DNA from: an uncultured Planctomycetota bacterium
GTDB lineage: Bacteria; Planctomycetota; SKW154; DAOVDS01
Length of the DNA: 37,593 bases
Direction of reading: 5' to 3'
Assembly (NCBI GenBank): GCA_964455955.1
Contig: CAYWBA010000001.1
Location: forward strand, 1-37,593
The notes below the pieces were generated by a model, which saw nothing but the letters and a program-made list of their open reading frames with translations, did not search any database and was not told where the DNA came from. The position numbers and the translations under genes are program-made. Positions 30,915 through 37,593 of this stretch are shown piece by piece. Position 1 is the stretch's first letter. The number at the start of each line of letters is the position of its first letter.

Positions 30915-33008
30915 TCAGGGCATGTCTATCTTGACATTTTTTATCTCGACCCGGGAATTGGGTTCGAGGGCAAATCCGAGCTGCCCTGCAGGCCGCCCCG
31001 CGGTGAAGACAAACTCCTGCTCGTTGAAGCTGGTCTTGACGAAAACCCTCTCGCCGTGGACCTCGCAGGTGACATGGAACCAGGCGTTTTCCCCAAACGG
31101 GTATTCTGAAAACGGCAGCACAAATCCCGACTCCGGTTCACCCTGTGCGGCACGCAGGCATAGTATGAGCGAGCCTTTTTTGCGGCGGAAATCAAATTCG
31201 AACTTGTAGTCGCTCCAGGACGGGTCGCCCTTGAGAAGCCATATCTTGCTGTCGTGCGATTCGCCAGTTAGGACCGAGCCAGCCACGCTCCAGCCGCCCT
31301 GCACTGTCCAGCCGCTCAGGTCCTTGCTGTTGAAAAAGTTTTCTATTTCCCAATGGTGCTTCTTCTGGAGCAGGTCTTCCACCTTGCTCATTATCTCACC
31401 ATCATAGAGCGAGCCGGGGTACTGCTTCATAAAGGATTTCAGCAGGTCAACAGCTTCGAGAAACTTCGCTTCTTGTGCGAGAGCGGTCGAGTTTTCACTT
31501 GCCTGCTTGTATGCCAGGTCTCTTTGCGCCTCTTCTCGTCTGCGCTGTTCCAGCAGGGCTCTCGCACGCTCGCGTAGACTCTCGATCTCCCTTCGCACCT
31601 CTCCCAGGAACGCAGGAGGCTGGGTCTCCAGTTTGCGATACTCTTTCTCTATCAACTCCACCGCATCGAGAAAGCGTTCCTCTTTTATGAGCTGTTCAAT
31701 CATTTGCTGTGAGGCCCGGATCTCTTCGATTAGCGTGATGATAGTTTCAACGTATTCCCTCAGTTTTGGGATTTCAGAAGTAGCGTCTTTGGTCTGGGCA
31801 AACAGTTCCGGGAACTCGTCGAGGGCTGCAAGTGCGCTTTTCAGGTTCTTATTTGTAATCGCCGCATCGTACGCTGTCTTAACCTTGGAAAATGCGCGGT
31901 CCGCCGCTTGTGCAAACCCGTCCTTTGCAACCTTCTCGGCTGAGTCGAGCCTTTTCGTCAGTTCCTCCGTCAGGGAATCGAAACGCATCTCCTCCAACTT
32001 CTTGACGAAGGAGGCAAACTCGCCGGGTTCTTTGAGAATCTTGTCTGCAAGCTCTTCAAGCTTTTTAATCCCCTGCTCTATTTCGGCAAGTTCCTCCATT
32101 CTCCGTTTCTCTTCAATAGTTTTAGGTTTCCTTTTCTCGACCTGCGTGGAGGAGGGTTTTTGCTTATCCTCCGGCGGCATGGCGTACTTCTTGTAGAGGA
32201 TAAGCCCTCCTGCGCCGAGCACGATAAGGAGAATCACGACCACGGCGAGGACAGGCTTTTTTCTTTTTTGCTGCAGGAGCAGCGCGGAGGCGCGCCTTTC
32301 CGGGGCTACATGCCGCCTTGTTCTCGCGCTTGGCGGGCGAGCCCTGGCCGAGGGAGCCTTAGCCGAGGGAGCCTTAGCCGGGGGAGCCTCAGCCTGGACA
32401 ACCTCAGCCGCGGCGGCCTTCTTCTGCGGCTCCGGCGGTGCCGGTTTATACTCTTCCACTTCTATTTCAACATCAACAGGTTCTTCAGTTTCCACAAGAG
32501 GCGGGACATCAACTGCTTCCGGCTCGGCAGCGTCAGGCTGGCCGCCAACTATTTCGAGCTCCAGCGCCCCGGCCTGACTGTCTGATGGGTCGAGTTCGAC
32601 CGGTTCGAATATAAATTCGGCTTCGGCTCCGGGCCGAACCCATTTCTCAGGCATGTCCTGCTGAGGCAGGAACTCCGTGGTTCCGGGCGCCATGTCATCG
32701 AAAGCGAACCCGCTTCCCGCAAGTTCCTCGTCCGCGCTCCGGTCCACACCTTCACGTTCTGCGGCGGCAACTATTTCCTCGAAGGTCATGGCCATCCCTT
32801 TGCCCGCTGCATCTCCCGGGGCTTTCCGGGGGCCTGGCCGGCCGGGTGCTTTTGCCCGCTGCTGCTGGGCCGCAGCTTTGATCTCGGGCGGGATGTATTC
32901 TGCGCACTCGGCACAGTAATAATTATTCTGATAGACCAAAGCCCTGCCCGACTCAATCTCTTCTTCCGGGATGGGCTGGTCGCAAAGACTGCAGTGTCTT
33001 ATGATCAT
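30915..33008 (-). CDS. Single-pass membrane protein: N-terminal zinc ribbon, Pro/Ala-rich linker, TM helix, long coiled-coil, C-terminal DUF1080 (LamG/3-keto-disaccharide-hydrolase-like) domain
   Basis: MIIRHCSLCDQPIPEEE...YYCAECAE; low-complexity AEAPPAKAPSAKAPSARARPPSAR; TM helix VLAVVVILLIVLGAGGLILY; heptad-rich region of about 280 aa; C-terminus NFFNSKDLSGWTVQGGWSVAGSVLTGESHDSKIWLLKGDPSWSDYKFEFDFRRKKGSLILCLRA...VEIKNVKI, a typical DUF1080 pattern. Confidence 0.75.
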   Translation of the reverse strand: MIIRHCSLCDQPIPEEEIESGRALVYQNNYYCAECAEYIPPEIKAAAQQQRAKAPGRPGPRKAPGDAAGKGMAMTFEEIVAAAEREGVDRSADEELAGSGFAFDDMAPGTTEFLPQQDMPEKWVRPGAEAEFIFEPVELDPSDSQAGALELEIVGGQPDAAEPEAVDVPPLVETEEPVDVEIEVEEYKPAPPEPQKKAAAAEVVQAEAPPAKAPSAKAPSARARPPSARTRRHVAPERRASALLLQQKRKKPVLAVVVILLIVLGAGGLILYKKYAMPPEDKQKPSSTQVEKRKPKTIEEKRRMEELAEIEQGIKKLEELADKILKEPGEFASFVKKLEEMRFDSLTEELTKRLDSAEKVAKDGFAQAADRAFSKVKTAYDAAITNKNLKSALAALDEFPELFAQTKDATSEIPKLREYVETIITLIEEIRASQQMIEQLIKEERFLDAVELIEKEYRKLETQPPAFLGEVRREIESLRERARALLEQRRREEAQRDLAYKQASENSTALAQEAKFLEAVDLLKSFMKQYPGSLYDGEIMSKVEDLLQKKHHWEIENFFNSKDLSGWTVQGGWSVAGSVLTGESHDSKIWLLKGDPSWSDYKFEFDFRRKKGSLILCLRAAQGEPESGFVLPFSEYPFGENAWFHVTCEVHGERVFVKTSFNEQEFVFTAGRPAGQLGFALEPNSRVEIKNVKIDMP
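32347..32391 (-). repeat. 15-nt in-frame tandem repeat x3 encoding (K/R)APSA-type pentapeptides
   Basis: Plus strand: GCCGAGGGAGCCTTA (32347-32361), an identical copy (32362-32376), then GCCGGGGGAGCCTCA (32377-32391; 2 mismatches). Confidence 0.8.
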
Positions 33009-33126
33009 GGGAAAGGCGCGCCCCTTTGCTCAACTCCTAATTAAGTATACCGCCCTGTGGCTGGCCAGTCAACAGATGAATATAAAGTAAGCAGTTCTGA
33101 GATGGTGCCTCCCCCCGCAAATCTTC

Positions 33127-33155
33127 TTGACAAAGCCTGAACATTTCCTTATTTT
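33127..33155 (+). promoter_or_regulatory. Candidate sigma70-type promoter TTGACA-N17-TATTTT for the kinase gene
   Basis: TTGACA at 33127-33132, a 17-nt spacer, TATTTT at 33150-33155, about 90 nt upstream of ATG 33248. Confidence 0.45.
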
Positions 33156-33247
33156 TACGGGATTAGCCTTTTTGCTGCAAGTACTCTTATGTTTTACCGT
33201 GGACTTGTTGCGCAACATAGTGGCGAACGATTTTTGCGGAGAAACTC

Positions 33248-36200
33248 ATGGCCAACGGTTACGATGAAAACTACGTCGGTGAAGCCGCGCTGAAGAAGGG
33301 TTTTATCACTCCTGCCCAACTGGATGAATGCAAGGCCCTCAGGCAGCGGGCAACCTCTCCGAAGTCCCTTGCGCGCGTGCTTTCGGAAAAGGGGTATCTT
33401 GATGAGGAGCAGATGGGAGAGATACTCAAGGAATACCAGCTTGCCATGGGGCAGATGCTTCCCGACGACACCGACCCGGGCTCGATAAACTTCGGGCAGG
33501 TAGCTGTAAGAAAAGGACTTGTAAGCAACGCCGACGTGTGGGACGCGATAGAAGAACAGGCACGGCGCAAGCTCGACGGGTCCGAGGAGCGGCTCGGCCA
33601 GATACTTGTTGAGAAGGGAACGATCCAGATTTCAGAAGCGCGGCAGATTCTCGAATCGCAGGGCAAGAAAATTCTTAAATGCGCTGAGTGCGGGCACCAG
33701 TACAATGTAAAGGAATTCAATCCGAACAAAGAATACACATGCCTTAACTGCGGTGGGCCGCTCTCTGCTCCTGAAACTGTCTCGTCTCTTGACATCCAGG
33801 GCACGGCAGTGGACACCGAGACAGTCAAGGCGAGCATGGACGACAGGTTCATCGGGAAGGAAATCGGCGGCTGCGAGATAATGACCAAGCTGGGCGAAGG
33901 CGGTATGGGGTCGGTATACAAGGCCCGCCACCTCGCGCTCAACAAGATAGTCGCGGTGAAGGTGATGTCCAACGCGCTTATGGGCGAGATACACCGCAAG
34001 CGCTTCCTGCGCGAGGCCCGCGCCGCGGCTCAACTGGAGCACATGAACATTATCCAGGTGCACGATACCGGGGCGCAGGAAGGTTACAACTACATCGTCA
34101 TGCAGTTTATTGATGGCCAGAGCGTTCAAAAGATGATTTCCACACAGGGAAGGTTCGAGCAGAAAGAGGCGCTGCGTGTAATACACGACGCCGCCGACGC
34201 ATTGGCGTTTGCGCACAAGCGCCACATGATTCACCGCGACATCAAGCCTGATAACATCATGCTTACCAGCGAAGGTGTGGTCAAAGTGGCCGACTTCGGA
34301 CTGGTTAAGAGCACCGAGATTGAAAAAGACCTCACCGGCATGAGCCAGTCCATGCTTATGGGAACCCCGCACTACATGTCGCCGGAGCAGTTCGAGGGCA
34401 AGATAATTGACCACAGAACCGATATTTACTCGCTGGGGGTGACGCTCTACTACATGCTCACAGGCCAAAAGCCGTACGAGGGGACCACTCCCTACCAGGT
34501 AATGCAGGGCCACCTGCAGCAAGAGCTTGTTGACCCGAGCAACCTGGCGGAGGATATTTACCCGGCCGTCTCACAAATTGTAAAGAAAATGATGGCTCGC
34601 GAGCGTGAGCGTCGCTACCCGTCTTGCGAAGAGATAGAGGCGGATATAGACAAAGTACACCAAGGCATGAAAGACGGCACAATCGCTGCCGACGATTTTA
34701 TCATTGTAGAGGATGACCTGGAAGAGGGTCTCGGCGCAACTATGCAGGCTGCCCCGCCCCCCAAGGAAGCTGCGCCGAGAAAGCCAAGAAAGAAGAAGAG
34801 TGTACTGCCTGTAGTTATCCCGGCAATCGTGTTTGTCGCGATAGTTATGGGGCTGCTTGCTTTCCTGCTCACACGCGGCCCTTCAGCGCCACCGGTTGAC
34901 CCGAACGACCAGCAGACAGATACCGGCCAGGCCAAGCCAGACATGAAAGAGGCTCAGATCGCTTTTGAGAGCACCAAAAAAGAGGCGAACAAACTGGTTG
35001 ACCAGGATGAATTCGCCGCTGCACTGGGCAAGTGGGAGGGCTTTGTCAAGAAATGGGGCGAGGACCCATGGAAAGAAAAAGTTGATATAGAGCGCGGGGT
35101 TATTTTGGATGCGGGCATAAGGAGGCTCAAAGAACTGCTTGCCAGCAACCAGAGAAGCGACCTCGAGAAAGCGGCAGGACTGGCGAGCAAGCTCAAAGAC
35201 CTGCAGCCTGACAATGAACAACTCGCCTCTGTCGCCAGCGAGGCGGACGAAAAGCTGAAAAACATTGAGTCCCAAGAAGAGACACACAGGCGAAAGCTCC
35301 AGGAATTCCAAGATGCGGACAAGCGGGGGCAGAAGCTTAAAGGGCAGGACCAGCTTGCTGAGGCAAAGAAGGTTTACGAGCCTTACCTTACAAGCGAGAT
35401 TGACCAGATAAAGACGACAGCCCGGGAAAGGGTGGAAGAAATAGACGTGATTCTGGCTGACCGCGAAAGGCAGCGGAAAGAATATGATTCTGCCAAAAAG
35501 GAAGTATTCGCTCTTCTCGCCGAGAACCGGTTCAAAGAAGCCCGGGCGAAATACACCCCGTTTACCGGGCAGGACTATATCAAGGAGATTCGCGACGACG
35601 CGCAGGAGAAAATCGAGCAACTGGATGAAACGCGGAAGAAGTCTGAAGCCTCCGACTTCAGGGCCGCGCTCGACAAGGCCAAGTCGGAGTTTGACATGGG
35701 AAGCTACGCCGCGGCCCGGGCTGAGCTGGCGCCTTACCTCAGCCACTCCAACGAGGAGTTCCGCGGCCAGGCCCGCAAGCTCGACGGCAAGGTACAGACT
35801 TATGAAAAGTTCCACGAGCAGATGGGCAAGATAAACCAGTTGCGCAACGCGGGGCAGTACGGAGAGGCACTTGAGATTGCCCGGACATATGCACAGAGCG
35901 AAAACAAGTCCTTCGCCGACAAGGGGCGCGAGAAGGTCAAGCAAATCCGCAAGGAACGCTACCTTGACAGAAACCTTGTCTTTATAGATGGCGGCGATAT
36001 CGCGATAGGCTCTGATGAGCCTTCCGACAGGAACCCCGCAAAAAAGGTCAAGGTTAAACCCTTTTACATGGACCGTACGGAAGTGACCAATGCTCAGTAT
36101 GCGGAGTTTGTAAAGGCGGCGGCCGACCAGCCCCCGCCGCTCAACTGGAGAAAGGGGCGGATACCCAAGGGCAAGGATGACCATCCGGTAACATGGGTGA

Positions 36201-36613
36201 CATACGAGGACGCCCTTGAATACTGCAAGTGGCGTTCTGAAAAAGAAGGCGTAACATACCGGTTGCCGACTGAATCTGAATGGGAATATGCGGCGTCAAT
36301 AGACCCCGAGACAGGTACTAAGACTATCTACCCCTGGGGCGACGAGTTTGACAAGTCCATGGCAAACCTCGTCGGCCGCAAGACCCATAGCGTTAGCTCC
36401 AACAAGAATGACAAGAGCCCGCTCGGAATCTATGATATGGCGGGCAATGTCCACGAATGGACCTCTTCCGACGACGGTTCTACATACATAATCCGGGGCG
36501 GGTCAATGGAGGACGCGGGCGACCCGAAGGCTGCTCGCGCCGTTTTCCGCCACAAGACAGAGTCATATACAAAAGCAGCATCAATCGGCTTCAGGTGTGT
36601 CCGTGAAGAGTAG
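33248..36613 (+). CDS. Hanks-type Ser/Thr protein kinase: 4 T2SSE_N/MshEN-like motifs + zinc ribbon + kinase domain + TM + helical ectodomain + C-terminal FGE-sulfatase (SUMF1-like) domain
   Basis: Kinase motifs GEGGMGSVYKA, VAVKVM, HRDIKPDNIML, DFG, GTPHYMSPEQ. Zinc ribbon KCAECGH...CLNCGG. TM helix VLPVVIPAIVFVAIVMGLLAFLL. C-terminus FYMDRTEVTNAQYAEFV...HPVTWVTYEDALEYCKW...YRLPTESEWEYAA...YPWGDEF...GIYDMAGNVHEWT...IRGGS...GFRCV is a typical FGE-sulfatase pattern. Confidence 0.9.
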   Translation: MANGYDENYVGEAALKKGFITPAQLDECKALRQRATSPKSLARVLSEKGYLDEEQMGEILKEYQLAMGQMLPDDTDPGSINFGQVAVRKGLVSNADVWDAIEEQARRKLDGSEERLGQILVEKGTIQISEARQILESQGKKILKCAECGHQYNVKEFNPNKEYTCLNCGGPLSAPETVSSLDIQGTAVDTETVKASMDDRFIGKEIGGCEIMTKLGEGGMGSVYKARHLALNKIVAVKVMSNALMGEIHRKRFLREARAAAQLEHMNIIQVHDTGAQEGYNYIVMQFIDGQSVQKMISTQGRFEQKEALRVIHDAADALAFAHKRHMIHRDIKPDNIMLTSEGVVKVADFGLVKSTEIEKDLTGMSQSMLMGTPHYMSPEQFEGKIIDHRTDIYSLGVTLYYMLTGQKPYEGTTPYQVMQGHLQQELVDPSNLAEDIYPAVSQIVKKMMARERERRYPSCEEIEADIDKVHQGMKDGTIAADDFIIVEDDLEEGLGATMQAAPPPKEAAPRKPRKKKSVLPVVIPAIVFVAIVMGLLAFLLTRGPSAPPVDPNDQQTDTGQAKPDMKEAQIAFESTKKEANKLVDQDEFAAALGKWEGFVKKWGEDPWKEKVDIERGVILDAGIRRLKELLASNQRSDLEKAAGLASKLKDLQPDNEQLASVASEADEKLKNIESQEETHRRKLQEFQDADKRGQKLKGQDQLAEAKKVYEPYLTSEIDQIKTTARERVEEIDVILADRERQRKEYDSAKKEVFALLAENRFKEARAKYTPFTGQDYIKEIRDDAQEKIEQLDETRKKSEASDFRAALDKAKSEFDMGSYAAARAELAPYLSHSNEEFRGQARKLDGKVQTYEKFHEQMGKINQLRNAGQYGEALEIARTYAQSENKSFADKGREKVKQIRKERYLDRNLVFIDGGDIAIGSDEPSDRNPAKKVKVKPFYMDRTEVTNAQYAEFVKAAADQPPPLNWRKGRIPKGKDDHPVTWVTYEDALEYCKWRSEKEGVTYRLPTESEWEYAASIDPETGTKTIYPWGDEFDKSMANLVGRKTHSVSSNKNDKSPLGIYDMAGNVHEWTSSDDGSTYIIRGGSMEDAGDPKAARAVFRHKTESYTKAASIGFRCVREE

Positions 36614-36781
36614 CTACCGGAACCCCGCAGGGAGGCTGGCCCAATGAACCTGTTAGCTTGTTCGGGGCGGAGCGGGAGAATCACTGCCAAACTTGTGTAA
36701 ATATTTGGCCTCTCAATATCGTCTTAAACGATGGTAAGTATATCCCAAGCCCTGGCAGGTTACGTCGGAGGCAAGAGTAAG

Positions 36782-37593
36782 ATGAAACCTCGTACAGCAT
36801 CGCTTCCCCTTGTGCTGCTTATGCTTCTGTCCGTCTGTTCCTGCGGCCCCATAGGAATACTCCCCCTGCTTGGCGGCGCTGCCGCCGCCGGCGGTGGCGG
36901 TGGCGGAGGAGGCGGTGGCGGCGGCGGTCCCATCCCTCCCGGTTTCCGCGTTGTCTCGATTAACCCGTGCAACGGCGAGACTGATGTGGACATATACTCG
37001 CAGGTCGAGGTGGTTTTCAGCAAGCCGGTTGATAGCTCTTCGGTAGGAGACTTAACGTTTACAGTGGATTCAGCCGTAGGCCCGACAACCGGGAGCTTCG
37101 CTTTTCCCGATGACAGGACAGTGGTATTCGTCCCGAACTCAGCCTACCCACAGGACGAGGAGCACACCGTTGACATGGTGAACATACTTTCGTCCGAGGG
37201 AGACTCGCTTTCGTTCACGTCGCGTTTCACCACTTGTGACGGTCCGTCCGTTTCGCGGCCTTATGTTGCTTTCACCATTCCCTACGACAGTGCTGAGGCT
37301 GCATTCACTCCTCGCCTGCCAGTAATAATCTCGTTCTCAAAACCCATGAACATTGCCACGGTTAATAACACAACCTTTCTCCTGCGCCACAAAATCAGCG
37401 CCGCTGTTGTGCCGGGTGTGTATAGCGTTGGCCCGGGACCTAACGACCGCGACTTCACCTTTACCCCGACTGTTAACCTCACTGCCGGCGATGAATATGA
37501 GATTGTTGTGCTTAGCTCGGTAGAATCGTTTGACGGCTACACGATGGAGTCGGATTTTGCAAGCTGTTTTACCGTGGTTAACCTCAAACCCGT
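36782..37593 (+). CDS. Lipoprotein with Gly-rich linker and SbsA-Ig/Big_5-like bacterial Ig domains; 3' end beyond the window
   Basis: Not in the ORF track because there is no stop inside the window. GGAGG at 36767-36771, ATG at 36782. MKPRTASLPLVLLMLLSVCSCGP (lipobox-like), GGAAAAG13, then two units of the SbsA-Ig pattern (FRVVSINPCNGETDVDIYSQVEVVFSKPVDSSSV...TFTV... and VAFTIPYDSAEAAFTPRLPVIISFSKPMNIATVNNTTFLL...). The minus-strand ORF 36760..37023 is its antisense shadow. Confidence 0.75.
   Translation, partial: MKPRTASLPLVLLMLLSVCSCGPIGILPLLGGAAAAGGGGGGGGGGGGGPIPPGFRVVSINPCNGETDVDIYSQVEVVFSKPVDSSSVGDLTFTVDSAVGPTTGSFAFPDDRTVVFVPNSAYPQDEEHTVDMVNILSSEGDSLSFTSRFTTCDGPSVSRPYVAFTIPYDSAEAAFTPRLPVIISFSKPMNIATVNNTTFLLRHKISAAVVPGVYSVGPGPNDRDFTFTPTVNLTAGDEYEIVVLSSVESFDGYTMESDFASCFTVVNLKP
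36890..36928 (+). repeat. Run of 13 consecutive glycine codons (GGN)13
   Basis: GGC GGT GGC GGT GGC GGA GGA GGC GGT GGC GGC GGC GGT, read in the frame of the 36782 CDS and preceded by GGC GGC GCT GCC GCC GCC. Confidence 0.9.

Noticed and set aside
33632-36184. Long minus-strand ORFs (33632..34522, 296 aa; 34883..36184, 433 aa) inside the kinase gene
   Set aside because: They are antisense to a CDS with complete kinase and FGE-sulfatase motifs. Their translations are low-complexity (Leu/Arg/Val-rich) with no family signal.
36760-37023. 87-aa minus-strand ORF with a poly-Pro run
   Set aside because: It is the antisense of the (GGN)13 tract of the plus-strand lipoprotein gene, which has an RBS, a signal peptide and Ig-like domain patterns.

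Overview
37.6-kb bacterial chromosomal window with no rRNA, no CRISPR array and no intact mobile element. All coordinates, alignments and counts were made by hand from the sequence. No database search was possible, so family names are motif-level recognitions.

Composition is uneven. 60-nt samples I counted gave about 72% GC at 17.5 kb, 43-45% at 9.3 kb and about 47% at 22.7 kb.

Housekeeping genes:
- hppA, a membrane pyrophosphatase with the K+-dependent-type signature
- rsfS, which is absent from the ORF track because it has no ATG/GTG/TTG start
- tgt
- a PtsN-like EIIA
- a class II CCA-adding-type nucleotidyltransferase
- tRNA-Ile(GAU) and tRNA-Ser(GCU)

These are interleaved with envelope and glycan accessory genes:
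- A minus-strand glycan operon at 15952->8829: O-antigen-ligase-like/TPR protein, GT4, FkbM methyltransferase, decay scars, and a lower-GC GT-C-like membrane protein.
- A mirror-image methyltransferase-GT2 / GT2-methyltransferase block at 16818-20159.
- A further GT4 at 29637-30788.
- Many secreted or membrane-anchored multidomain proteins: a NicO-like transporter fused to TPR, a He_PIG plus BNR-like propeller lipoprotein, ankyrin-repeat lipoproteins, a DUF1080 protein, a Ser/Thr kinase with an FGE-sulfatase-like ectodomain, and an SbsA-Ig-like lipoprotein.

The domain repertoire (N-terminal zinc ribbons, T2SSE_N/MshEN-like repeats, DUF1080, kinase-FGE fusion) suggests a PVC/Planctomycetota-like uncultivated lineage. 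That is a guess.

Most interesting observations:
1. A tandem ankyrin-lipoprotein array in which the third copy keeps only its lipoprotein signal peptide and conserved C-terminal tail. These flank a ~1.4-kb segment encoding an unrelated secreted protein.
2. A two-gene module at 26221-27445 pairing a zinc-ribbon/TM/four-CxxCxGxG (DnaJ-type) protein with a TM/SH3b-like protein that shares the same membrane anchor.
3. A kinase carrying four MshEN-like motifs, a zinc ribbon and an FGE-sulfatase-like sensor, divergently paired with a zinc-ribbon/coiled-coil/DUF1080 protein.
4. A recombination scar at 10442-10800: an IS3-family transposase 3' remnant abutting a frameshifted copy of the GT4 3' end.
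5. Convergent, 30-bp-overlapping GT2 paralogs that share a 60-nt inverted repeat (58/60).

I could not identify a known defence, toxin-antitoxin or secretion system.
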